A stretch of 59,176 bases of DNA, filler included. It is 7 parts of 7 records of this genome, joined end to end, with 100 filler letters (N's around TTAATTAATTAA, not from the genome) between each part and the next. Parts side by side here need not be neighbours in the genome. Positions count along the whole stretch, not along the records: positions 33,541 to 39,564 come from SRR31156797_11315; positions 39,665 to 49,278 come from SRR31156797_11319; positions 49,379 to 59,176 come from SRR31156797_11327; 4 more parts are not named here. One strand, written 5' to 3'. The position numbers and the translations under genes were made by a program. The notes beneath the pieces are model-generated. The model saw only the letters and a program-made list of their open reading frames with translations. It was not told the origin of the DNA and did no database searches. Numbering within the stretch: the stretch's first letter is position 1; each line of letters opens with the position of its first letter. Shown one piece after another: positions 38,484 to 50,294 of this stretch.

Positions 38484-39371
38484 GTGACCAAGAAAATACA
38501 GAAAGAGGAAATTAATGTGACTCCCGATTGCCGGGAATCATTTCTTTTAAGTGATATGTTGCAACTCCCTCCCTTCAGAACAGCGAGATTAAGGGAAGGG
38601 GGATACAGCTTTCAGGCTCCTGGGTTCTGGATACAAAGAACGGGACAGAGGGGATTTCATGTACTGGTGATCACCTTTTCTGGACAGGGTCTTATTCATT
38701 TTGAGGATGGTTCAACAATCGCATTGACAGTGGGTACAGCTTTTTTCTCGGCAGCGACTGGGCAGGGGCATGTAGAAATTGTTGACGGTCAGGAAAAATG
38801 GGAGATGCTCTGGATGATATTTGAAGAATCATCGCCCTGGATTCAAACCAATTGCTGGGATTGGGAAGTGTTTCAATTGTCAAGGTCAGACAAAATTAAA
38901 GAAGCTATTATTTCGATTTTCCACGAAGAGACCTATAAAGATCCTGATTCCCTCAGGCTCCAGACAATCTACGAAGATCTGCTATTAATCCTCTTGAAAC
39001 GGGAGATAAACTGGACTGAACCAAAAACCATTGCTTTAAACCGATCCAAATTTTCTACACTGTGGTCCAGTGTGTCTCAGAATCCGGGATATAACTGGAA
39101 TGTCGATTTATTGAGTGAGGAAGTCAATATCAGTAAGGCTCATTTTACAAGATTATGTACTCAGCTTTACAATCAACCCCCGGCCCAGTTGTTAAAGGAA
39201 ATTAGGATGGATATTGCCACGAATCTCATACGTAACTCTAATCTTCTGATCTCCGAGATTGCAGAATATGTGGGATACAGCAGTTCTGCCACCTTCTCTA
39301 TAGCCTACAGGAAATTTTACGGATATCCTCCCTATTCAATTCGGCAGCAAAAAAGAGAGAATCAGAAATAA
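38484..39371 (+). CDS. AraC-family transcriptional regulator
   Basis: N-terminal cupin-like domain; C-terminal ISEIAEYVGYSSSATFS.AYRKFYGYPP; divergent from the ABC operon. Confidence 0.92.
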   Translation: MTKKIQKEEINVTPDCRESFLLSDMLQLPPFRTARLREGGYSFQAPGFWIQRTGQRGFHVLVITFSGQGLIHFEDGSTIALTVGTAFFSAATGQGHVEIVDGQEKWEMLWMIFEESSPWIQTNCWDWEVFQLSRSDKIKEAIISIFHEETYKDPDSLRLQTIYEDLLLILLKREINWTEPKTIALNRSKFSTLWSSVSQNPGYNWNVDLLSEEVNISKAHFTRLCTQLYNQPPAQLLKEIRMDIATNLIRNSNLLISEIAEYVGYSSSATFSIAYRKFYGYPPYSIRQQKRENQK

Positions 39372-39489
39372 AGCGTTGTTTTTCTGAGTAATCCAGGACT
39401 TGGATAGCTTTGAAAAAGATCTGAATATAGTTCAGACAAGTTGTCAACACTCTTTATCGACAGATTTGTCTAAAAACTTATAAATAAAA

Positions 39490-39524
39490 ATAGCTAATTT
39501 ATTTTATATAAACAAATTAGCTAT
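39490..39524. terminator. Hairpin downstream of the tRNA 3' end
   Basis: ATAGCTAATTT...AAATTAGCTAT. Confidence 0.55.
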
Positions 39525-39534
39525 GAATCCTAGA

Positions 39535-39564
39535 TACCGGCGATGGGACTTGAACCCATACGGC
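39535..39564 (-). tRNA. 3' fragment of a tRNA, probably tRNA-Leu (cut by the contig end)
   Basis: Minus strand GCCGT-ATGGG-TTCAAGT-CCCAT-CGCCGGT-A: T arm, acceptor strand and discriminator A; anticodon not visible; CCA not encoded. Confidence 0.75.
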
Positions 39565-39664
39565 NNNNNNNNNNNNNNNNNNNNNNNNNNNNNNNNNNNN
39601 NNNNNNNNTTAATTAATTAANNNNNNNNNNNNNNNNNNNNNNNNNNNNNNNNNNNNNNNNNNNN
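39565..39664. other. Artificial contig spacer
   Basis: N run with linker. Confidence 0.98.
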
Positions 39665-39731
39665 GAGCAGAAACACATTGATAACTAAGTATAGCAAATA
39701 GTACGAATAGTTGAAAAATAGTTTTTTTCAT
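39665..39731 (-). CDS. N-terminal signal peptide of a truncated exported protein
   Basis: MKKTIFQLFVLFAILSYQCVSA runs into the gap. Confidence 0.6.
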
Positions 39732-39968
39732 AAATATTTTTTTGAGTTAATAATATGCATGGATTTCTATATTACAAAACATCCATACTAATTTTATATA
39801 CAGAACAACTATTATGCCAAATATATCTAAAAAGATTATCTTTATGTCAAAGCCAATAAATGATTATCCTATTATCTTTAATTATCAAAAGATAAATCTG
39901 TTTAGTTTCATTTTTGTAAAATTAAGTATAAATATTATGCTACATTAAAATTTAGTAATATAAGAATT

Positions 39969-40775
39969 ATGAAACATATTTTACTATCATTAACATTATT
40001 GTTGTTGGTTAATGTTGTATATGCCCAAAGAGATACCATTGTTTACTACAAAAAACATGTTCCTCAAGTAACAAGTGTAGGTGCTGATTACCAAGTGGTA
40101 ATTCAGCAGAAAACTGACAAATTATCCATAATGATGAAATGTTCTTTTGAGGATGGTAAGTGGAAAGTGAATAGCACGGAGTTTATCAAATTGAAAAAAG
40201 ATAATACTTATTTCATATCGGATGGAAATAAGAAGTACAAAAGGAAGTTTAAAGTAATCCCTGGTGGTTATCAGGTCGAGGATTACAATCACAAAGGACA
40301 GTTGAAAGCCAAAGGTATTAGTACTACTTTATTTCCATTGACATGCCATGGTCAATGGTTGGATTATACTGATGGACGGATTAGTGGAGTAAGCACTTAT
40401 AAAAATGGAGAAATGACACGCTCCTTCATTAGCAATAAAAAGAAAGAACTTTTACCAACAAATACCTATGCTAATGCTGATGAATTGGCAGAGTATATTG
40501 GTGGTGATGAACAATTTGAAATAGACTTGAGTAAAAATATCACTTATCCGGTAATTTGTCAGGAAAATGGAATAATAGGTAAGATATTTGTTTTGTTTGC
40601 AATATCTGAATCAGGTGAGCCCTGCGAATTTCAAATGTTAGAGGGTAATGATATTTATTTGTACCAAGCTGCGGTACAGGCGCTAGCCAGTTGTAAAAAG
40701 TGGAAACCTGCTCAAAAGAATGGTATGTCGGTAAAGGTTTATACTGTTGTTCCAATCAATTTTGATTTAAGGTAG
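39969..40775 (+). CDS. Exported protein with a TonB C-terminal domain
   Basis: Signal peptide (AQ), beta-rich middle, YP....ENGI.GKI.V.F.I...G...KWKPA..NG..V.V....PINF. Confidence 0.85.
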   Translation: MKHILLSLTLLLLVNVVYAQRDTIVYYKKHVPQVTSVGADYQVVIQQKTDKLSIMMKCSFEDGKWKVNSTEFIKLKKDNTYFISDGNKKYKRKFKVIPGGYQVEDYNHKGQLKAKGISTTLFPLTCHGQWLDYTDGRISGVSTYKNGEMTRSFISNKKKELLPTNTYANADELAEYIGGDEQFEIDLSKNITYPVICQENGIIGKIFVLFAISESGEPCEFQMLEGNDIYLYQAAVQALASCKKWKPAQKNGMSVKVYTVVPINFDLR

Positions 40776-40797
40776 ATTCAATAGAAATATATTTATG

Positions 40798-40830
40798 AAA
40801 GTGGTCGCCAATTGGTAACCACTTTTTTTT
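40798..40830 (+). terminator. Intrinsic terminator
   Basis: AAAGTGGT...ACCACTTT followed by a T tract. Confidence 0.75.
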
Positions 40831-41674
40831 GATAGTAGCATTTAAATAGAATGTCCACCTCTTTTTTTTAGGTTAAAATTCTCAAAAAGGGATACTTCAG
40901 TAATTAAGGCAATAATATAAATGCTTTCTGTTATTTAGAATAAAAATAAATAGCTTGATGAAAGCTGTTTTTATTCTAACTAGAATTATGTATTAAATTA
41001 GATTTGGATAAATGAAATACATCCAATAAAGAATAAATGCTACAAAATAAATTATACCAACATTCTTACTGACTCGTCAATCCCAATGGCATTCGTAATA
41101 TCAGAATTATTTAAATGATTTAAAAGATCAGATTAAAGCACCTAAAAAAACGATTAAGAAAATAATATCACAAATGAGGATATTGCTATAATATAAAGGT
41201 TAAGCATAGGTGTATCATTATTAAATAGAACAATAAAAATCATAAAAAAATTTTATAGTGTAATGTTTTTGTTTTAAATTCATATGTAATACACCTCAGG
41301 AAATCAGACTTATGTAGAGTTTTGATTCATTGCTTAAACGGAAAAGTATTAAAGAGAGAGGGATTTTAAGGATATAAGGGGTAAAAAAACAACAGGTTAC
41401 AGACTACTCATTATATAATTAGTTTTTAAACACTTAAAATTTTACATATGAATGCATTTCTCACCTAGATCCAGATACCAAATTTCACTTATCGATATTG
41501 GAAATAAAATTTTCAAATTAACTCTATCAATAATTTTTTATTGAGAAAGGCAAAGCCTTGCAATCATGAAATCTCTATAATGATTTAAAAAATGTAATCA
41601 GATGGCGTTGTCTTTACCTAAACACCTAATCTATTTAATATAAGACTGTTAATAAATCATCCAACTTTATCATT

Positions 41675-44600
41675 ATGAATAAATTCTACGTTTTTAATAG
41701 CAATGTTAAGCAGATAAAAATAAAAAGACTATCGATGTTTTGCATAGGTTATAATAGGTTAGCATTAATATTACTTTTTATTCTAAACACAATACTTATA
41801 AATGGAAATACCATTTCAGCACAATGTACCATATCTCCATCTACTCAAGATGCATCTACTACAGATGACTCTCCTGTTGGGAATAGTTTTACAGCTTGTC
41901 AGGATGGTGTTATCTCTACCATTAGAGTTCTAGGTGTTATAGACCAGGCGGATGAAACATTAACAATTTATGATGGAGAAGGAATAAATGGAACGGTTTT
42001 AGGTACTATTTCAGGTATATCATTAACAGAAGCCACAGGTCCGAATACCTGGAGTTCAATAGATGTATCTTCTGCTAATATAAACGTTACTTCGGGTAAT
42101 ATATATACATTCTACTTTAATAGTTCAATTGCAATTTATCGAGCAAGAGAAGACAATATTTTAGGCGGGCAAATGTATCAGTTTATTGAGGGAAGCTTAC
42201 AGATTTATTCAGCTGAAGATATTCGTTTTGAGCTTGATATTGTAGGGCCCTCTAATGCTGCTCCTACAGTCACTGCACCTAGTGCACCAAATGTAAATGA
42301 GAATGACACAAATGTTGCTTTGGCAGATGATATTCATGTTTCAGATGCCGATGGAGATGATCAAACTCTTACATTTACAATTACTGGAGGAACACTTAGT
42401 ATAGGAACCGCAGGTATTTCTTTTGGAGCTGGTGGAAATGGCACTTCGAGTTATACGGCAGCTGGTACACTAGCTGCAATTAATACTGCCTTGGATGCAG
42501 CAACTTTTACACCTACTCCTAATTTAAGTGGGCTTAATGCAGGAATAATTTCTTTTGCGACTTTTGATGGAACAGCAACTTCGAATGCTGCTTCGGTTAG
42601 TTTTAATATAAATGATACATCTATTCCTATATTAACTTCTAGTGCGCCTATTGATGATTCTGATAATGTTTATTTAGGATCTAATATTGTTCTTGATTTT
42701 GATGACAATATGGTTGCGGGAACAGGAAATATTACCATAAGACGTTTAAATGATGACACTGTCTTTGAACAAATTGCAATTAATGATCCTAAAATTACAA
42801 TCACATCAAATCAAGTAATAATTAATCCTGCTGGAATTTTTTCAAGAGGTCTTGCTTATTATATCGAGATTGACGCGACTGCATTGGACGACGATGCAGG
42901 AAATTCATTTGCAGGAATTAGTGGCAATTCAACTCTTAATTTCACAGCAGTTGATGTTGTAATTAACGAAGTAGTGACTGATCCGCAGCAGGATTGGAGC
43001 ACCTATGGTTTTAACGGAACAATTGGCGCTGGTGCAATAAGCACAGGAACTGATGAATGGATTGAACTACTGATTAATTCTAATGGTATTGATTTTATAG
43101 GTTGGACTTTAGAGCTTTTGGATGGAACCGATGTTGTAGGAGATTTAACAAATACAGGTACTTTTGATGATATTGTTTATTCAGGGATAGGCTCATTCAA
43201 TAATACCAAATCTGGGGATTATTTGATACTTGGTAATGTCGATGGTAGTGGTGCCATGAATAATTCTATTACCATCAATTTAAAAGATCCAAGCGGAGCA
43301 ATTGTTGATGCAGTTGTTATTGGAGGTGGAACTGGGGAAGCTCCTTCTGGAAATGCTGATAATATTTATAATGAATCGGTTCAACGCTATTCCAATGGTT
43401 TGGATACTGATGTGCATAATTATGATTTTACTTTAGGAATGGCAAGTCTAGGTTCTGCAAACACAGGTCCAAGTGTGATCCTTTCAGCATCTGAAGCTAC
43501 CATTGTAGAAGCTGATGGCATCTCCACATTAACTGCTGAACTTAGTGAAATATCAAGTCAGGATGTAACGGTTACTTTGGCGGTGGATGGATCAAGTTCA
43601 GCTGCCCCTGCTGATTATACTTTATCTTCTACATCTATTGTTATTAATGCTGGAAGTTTAACGGGTACAGCTACTATAACAGCTTCACAAGACCTGTCGG
43701 ATGAAAGCAATGAAACGGTTATTGTTAGTATAACCAGTGTTACAAATGGAACAGAAGCTGGTACTCAACAAGAAACAGTAACGATTAATGATGACGATGC
43801 GATACCTACTGTAGCTTTTAATTTAACTTCTTCAAACGGTTCGGAGGTGATTGGCAGTGCTGATTTGCAAATTGACTTATCGGTTGCAAGTGGGCTTACT
43901 GTTACAGTTGATTATGCAGTAAGTGGTACTGCAACAGATGCAGATTTTACCATGACGGATGGTACTCTAACAATTGCTCCTGGTAATGAAAATGAAAACA
44001 TCACCATTTCAAGTATTGTGAATGATCTTTTGGATGAGAATAACGAAACGGTAATCGTGACGCTTACAAATCCTACAAATGCCACATTGGGAACCAATAC
44101 GGTTCATACCTATACGATTAATGACAATGATGCCACACCATCCATAGCTTTTAATGCGACTTCTTCCAATGGTTCGGAGGCGATTGCCAGTGCCAACTTG
44201 CAAGTTGATCTTTCTGCAGCAAGTGGTCTGACCGTAACGGTTGACTATACGGTTACAGGTACTGCGACGGATGCAGACTATACTTTAGAGAATGGAACAC
44301 TGACAATTGAGGAAGGTGATGAAAGTGAGAACATCACCATTGCAAGTATTGTAAATGACTTTCTGGATGAAAATGACGAAACGGTAATTCTTACTTTATC
44401 AAATCCGACAAATGCGACACTTGGTAGTAATACTACTCATACTTATACAATTAATGATGATGATGTGACAGGCTTCTTCTTTGCGGAAACAGACGGTGAT
44501 ACACAAGTATTCGAATCGGGTGCAAATGATTCTTTCACCGTGCAATTAGATGTTATACCTTCTTCAAATGTTGTTATTGATCTTGTTAATGGCAATATCA

Positions 44601-47600
44601 GTGAGATTTCCTTGAGTACAGCAAACCTGACTTTTACACCAGACAACTGGAATGTTCCACAGGTAGTAAGTTTAAATACCGTTGATGACAATTATGCCGA
44701 TGGAGATCAAAATGTAATCATTACTCTCAGTATCAATGATGCAAACAGTGATGATGCATTTGATAATCTTGCAGACGAAACGGTAATAGTTACTTCTGTA
44801 GATGATGAAGTTCCCGGATTTAGTCTGTCAAAAACGACAGCTATCATTAGTGAAGATGGAGGAACTGATAATTTTACCGTGGTTTTGGATTGTCAACCAC
44901 TGACCGATGTTGTCTTGGAAGTAAGTAGTGGAGATACTGGTGAAGTAACTGTTTCATCACCTTCCTTAACATTTACAACAGGTAATTGGGATACTCCTCA
45001 AACCATTGATCTTACTGGTATTGATGATGCTATTGTGGATGGAAATAAAAATGTATCTATTACTATTGCTGTAAATGATGCAAGAAGTGACAATGTTTTT
45101 GATGCAGTACCCAACCAAAGCGTAATATGTACCAATGAGGATAATGAAGAAGCTGGTTTTACTTTTAGGGAAACCGATGCTTATACACTTGTTAAGGAAA
45201 CTCATACAACAGATCAGTTTTCAGTTGTTTTGAATGGACAACCAGCTAGTGATGTGGTTTTAAATATTAGTAGCGGGGATACCGGAGAGGCTACTGTTAG
45301 TTCCAGTAGTCTAACTTTTACCTACGACAACTGGAATATATCCCAAACCGTTATTGTCACTGGAGTTGATGATGCAATAGCGGATGGTTCTCAGGAAACA
45401 ACTATTACTATTTCCGTGAATGCCCCTGGTAGTCACGATGCTTTTGATTCTTTAGAAGATAAAGAAGTTACAGTAATAAATGTTGATGATGATACGGCAG
45501 GATTTACAATTTCTCAAACTAATGGAGGTCCAAAAGTTAATGAAATAGGAATAATTGATACGATGTGGGTTGTTTTAAATAAGCAACCAGCTTCTGATGT
45601 TGTTCTTGGTTTTGAGAGTAGCGATGAAAATGAGATTATTCGAGAGCATGATGAGAATAGGTTTACTGTATCTAATTGGAATATGCCACAAGATTTTCGA
45701 ATCAGGGGAATGGCTGACTATATTGTTGATGGTGAAGTTTATACGGACCTAACAATTAAAGTACTAGATGCATATAGTGACAATACTTATGATGCCTTAC
45801 CTGACAGGGTAATAAGTGTTGTTAATATCGATAATGATATTGCTAGTTTTTCTTTATCTCCAGCAAACCTTAATGTTGTTGAAGATCATGGAACTGAAAC
45901 ATTTAAAATCACTCTTGGGACTGCAGCAGAAGGAGATGTAAGTTTTAACATTGCTAGTTCTGACGATGGTGTTGTTACTGTTTCTCATTCAAGTATTACA
46001 ATATCTGCAGGTAATACAGAATCTGCTAATATTACTCTTACTATTCAGGATAATGATATAGCTGACGGAACAAAAGATGCAAATATTATTGTAAGTATTA
46101 ATCAAGCTGTATCTTTCGATCCATTCGATGATCTTGAAGATGAAAATCTGCCAATTCAAGTTACCGATGATGAGGTAATTGAGTTGATTGTTGCAGAATT
46201 AGGTGGAACGAGTAGTGTAAGCGAGACAGGCAGTACAGATTCATTTACTGCAGTTCTTGGAGCCAAACCTGCTACGGATGTTGTCATAAATATTAGTAGT
46301 GATGATATCGGAGAAGTTACTGTCAATCCGACTCAATTGACTTTTACCAATGCTAATTGGGATTCTCCTCAAATTGTTACTTTAACGGGTATTGATGATG
46401 AATTTACAGATGGAGAACAGACCAGTACAATTACTTTAGCTGTTGATGCTGTAAACAGTGACGATAGTTTTGATACGATGCCGGATGAAACCGTTTCTGT
46501 TATAACCAGTGATAATGAAGTAGCTAATTTTACCATTGTTGAATCTGGAGGATCAACAGAAATTGATGAAACCGCTAACCAGGACGATTTTACTGTAGTT
46601 CTGGATGAACGTCCTGTCAATGATGTAGTATTTGATATTTCATGCAATGCTACTGATGAAGCAACAGTAGATCTATCAACGCTTACTTTTACAACTGATA
46701 ATTGGGATATGCCTCAAAGTATCTCGATTACAGGTGTAGACGATAATATTCTGGATGGTTCTCAAATTGCAATTATCACGGTAAGTGTAAATACTGCATC
46801 AAGCGATGACAGATATGATGCTGTTGCTGATAAGACGGTTACAGCCTCTAATGGAGATGATGATGTGGGATCATTCACTGTAGCAGAATCTGAGGGAACT
46901 ACTGTAGTACAAGAGCCAAATACAACGGACGCATTCACGGTTGTTCTGGATATCCAACCAATAACTGATGTTGTGTTTACCATCAGTAGTAATGATACAG
47001 ATGAGGCAACTGTTGATCAGTCAACTCTTACATTTACAAATGCAAATTGGAATATCGCACAAACTGTAATTGTTACTGCTGCGGACGACTATTATGTAGA
47101 TGGAGGACAGGCTTCTGAAATTAAAATCAGTGTAGATGATGCCAATAGTAACGATGGATTTGATACAGTAGAAGATCAAACAGTTAATGTTGTTACAAAT
47201 GACGATGATGTAGCTGGATTTACCATTACTCAGTCTGGAATTAATACGACAGTTTCTGAGCCTAATACTCAGGATGCATTTTTGGTAGTATTGGATGCTC
47301 AGCCATTAACTGATGTAGTCCTCAATTTGAAAAGTGATGATAGTAGTGAAGCCAGTTTAGATGCTTCCTCCATAACATTTACAAATGCTAATTGGAATGT
47401 TGCACAAACGATCACTGTAACTGCTGAAGATGATTATTTAGTTGATGGATCTCAAATATCCACAATTACATTGAGCATTGATAAAACTGGCAGTGATGAT
47501 TATTTTGATACTGTTTTGGACCAGGAAATTGACTGTATAACCCATGATGATGATGTGGCAGGATTCACAATTGTAGAAAGTGACGGAAACACTTCTGTTA

Positions 47601-49278
47601 CCGAAGGTGGAAACGGAGATTCATTTACAATCGTTTTAGATGGGCAACCAGATTCAGATGTGGTAATCGATATTATCAGTGCAAATATGGGTGAAGTAAC
47701 AGTTAGTCCTACCTCACTTACTTTTACCAATACCAATTGGAATAATGCTCAAACAGTAAATGTGATCTGTGTAAACGACGATGTAGATGATGGTGATCAA
47801 ATTGTTGGCATTACAATTAGTATTAATGATGATAACAGCGATGATAATTTTGATTCTGTTGCTAATCAAAGTTTGAATGCAACAACAGTTGATAATGATA
47901 CAGCAGGATTTACATTATCAAAAACTACAGCAAGTGTGGATGAATCTGGAACAACTGATGACTTTACTGTTGTACTGGATGCTGAGCCTCTTGTGGATGT
48001 TGTAATTGATATCAGTAGTAATGATACAGAAGAAGCAAGTGTTTCTCCTTCAACACTTACATTTACCAGTGCCAATTGGTCTTCACCACAAACAATAAGT
48101 ATAACAGGTGAAAACGATTATATAATTGATGGTAATCAATCAGCTGATATATTAGTTAGTGTTGATGATTCAAGCAGTGATGATACCTTTGATTTAGTGG
48201 AAGATCAATATGTGAACTGCACAACAACTGATAATGATGTTGCTGATTTTACTCTAACAGAATCTGATGGAAATACAATGGTTGATGAATCTGGTACAAC
48301 GGATAACTTCTCCTTAGTATTGGATGCACAACCTTTTGTTGATGTTGTTTTTGATATTGGAAATGCAGATCCGGGAGAAGTTTCAACTTCTGTTAGCCAG
48401 GTTACTTTTACCAATGCCAACTGGAATATTCCACAAACGATAACATTAACGGGTGTTGATGATTCGGATGTAGACAACGCCCAAACCACTTTGATAACTG
48501 TTTCGGTTGATCCTATGGCAAGTGATGACAATTTTGATGCAGTGGCTGATCAAACAATAAGCGTAACTACTACAGATGATGACGAACCATACATTTCCTT
48601 TACTTCTGCAAGTCAGGTAAGCCATAGTGAAAATGGTAGCTTGATTATTACTGCAGAATTATCTAATCCAAGTTCAAGAATGATAACACTGCCATTTACT
48701 GTGGAAAGTAGTAGTTCAGCAGATGGTACCGATTATTCGATTACCAGCAGCCCTATAACAATTGCAGCAGGACAAACTTCAGGTAATATTGTAATTTCTA
48801 TTAGTGCTGATGATTTAGATGAAATGGACGAAACTGTGATTCTAAGTATGGGTACTCCGGTCAATGCCATTCATGGTAGTACAACAACTCATACGGCGAT
48901 CATTACTGATGATGATCATGCACCTGAAATTACATCAACTCAGAGTTTTTCTATTAATGAAAATTCGGCTAATACAACAAGTTTAGGTTTTGTTGGTGCA
49001 ACAGATGCCGATACAGGAACTACATTCCAAAACTGGAGTATTGTAACAGGTAATTCTGATGGTATTTTTGGTATTGATATTGATACTGGGGAATTATTTG
49101 TTGCAGATAATACAAATCTGGATTACGAATCAACAACGCAATATACTCTTAGTCTTACTGTAGGTGATGGATTCAATACCAGTTCTCAGCAAGACGTAAG
49201 CATCAATATTAATGATCTGAATGACAACACTCCAGTAATTTTAGCGAGTCAATCATTCAGTATTGATGAAAACTCTGC
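41675..49278 (+). CDS. Giant secreted Calx-beta/cadherin/Ig-like repeat protein (adhesin), truncated
   Basis: More than 2500 codons, D/T/S-rich; Big_5-like (P.DD...V...I.L.F), lamin-tail-like (VVINEV...DEWIEL), Calx-beta (DE.NETVIVTL..TINDDD) and cadherin (INENS...ATDAD...LDYE...NDN.P) units. Start codon uncertain. Confidence 0.88.
44471..48585 (+). repeat. 12 tandem ~115-aa Calx-beta-like repeats
   Basis: Recurrent FTVVLD.QP..DVV...LTFT..NWN..Q...VDD...DG.Q...DD.FD units, counted by eye. Confidence 0.8.
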
Positions 49279-49378
49279 NNNNNNNNNNNNNNNNNNNNNN
49301 NNNNNNNNNNNNNNNNNNNNNNTTAATTAATTAANNNNNNNNNNNNNNNNNNNNNNNNNNNNNNNNNNNNNNNNNNNN
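49279..49378. other. Artificial contig spacer
   Basis: N run with linker. Confidence 0.98.
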
Positions 49379-49448
49379 ACTTTCGTTTGAATACAAAATT
49401 GGAGACCAGTATGCACATTTATCTGTAATTGAATAAGACTTTGTTTAT

Positions 49449-49479
49449 GGGCACTGCTTTTATAGTAGTGCCCTTTTAT
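49449..49479 (+). terminator. Terminator of a gene ending at the contig edge
   Basis: GGGCACTGC-ttttata-GTAGTGCCC-TTTT. Confidence 0.7.
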
Positions 49480-50294
49480 AATTTGCTTTCTTTATTTTGA
49501 ATTAAAATCTTATGCCGAATAGAGCCTTTTTTGATGCTTAAAACAACTAAAAACCAAAACCTTGAGAAAATTCTGATAAGGATAATTTATGCTTTTCAGA
49601 AAGTAAAATCTCAATATATTTAAATGAAAATCCCAAATTTATTTAGGATTTTCCAAATGGTAGTAAGCTTTTTTCGATAGAAATATTTTAAGCAGATTTA
49701 CAGAGTTTATTAATTAGAATCTTCTTCCGCCATACTACATAAATTTATTTGGTTGGGAGAAGATTTTTTTAAATGGTGCATTGAACACCAGAATGAGAAT
49801 TCAACTTTAATCAACTTCGTTAGGTATATATAACTAACGGAGTTTTGTGGTTTGTTGAATTTTATGCTGTTTTTACTATTAAGCAAATCCGGAAATATAT
49901 AAAGTATGAAATGTGAATTATTAATTGAAGTATGCTTTGACAAAAGAATTGAAATAGAGATTTGATTTTTTCGAAAGTTAAATATTAAAAAGACAGATAA
50001 AGAAACAAAATGTGAAGAAAGAATTCAGTTTTATTCGGGTTTTAAAAAGGATATGATAAATTTGGTTTTTTAAAATCACTAAACCAGATTTTTTATCATT
50101 AAATCCAATGTTGTTATAAATTTTCAGATAGTTGAATTTAATTTAAATTTGTTAGCGTTAAAATTAATTATATTAATGAAATGCGTCACGAAAATAGTGG
50201 AATTTATACCTTATTTTTTCAAGCTTTAATTTTTAAGAAAAAAGGCATAAAAAATCATCTTATTAAAATTCTCTTGAAATATTATAGTTAAACC

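Noticed and set aside
40933-40979. Fur-box-like or hairpin sequence TTAGAATAAAAA...TTTTTATTCTAA
   Set aside because: About 700 nt from the next start in very AT-rich DNA; cannot be told from chance.
49379-49436. Contig-edge peptide LSFEYKIGDQYAHLSVIE as a FecR C-terminus
   Set aside because: Too short to assign, and the reading frame is ambiguous.
49710-49943. 77-aa minus-strand ORF upstream of susC
   Set aside because: Non-ATG start, no motif, composition typical of non-coding AT-rich DNA.
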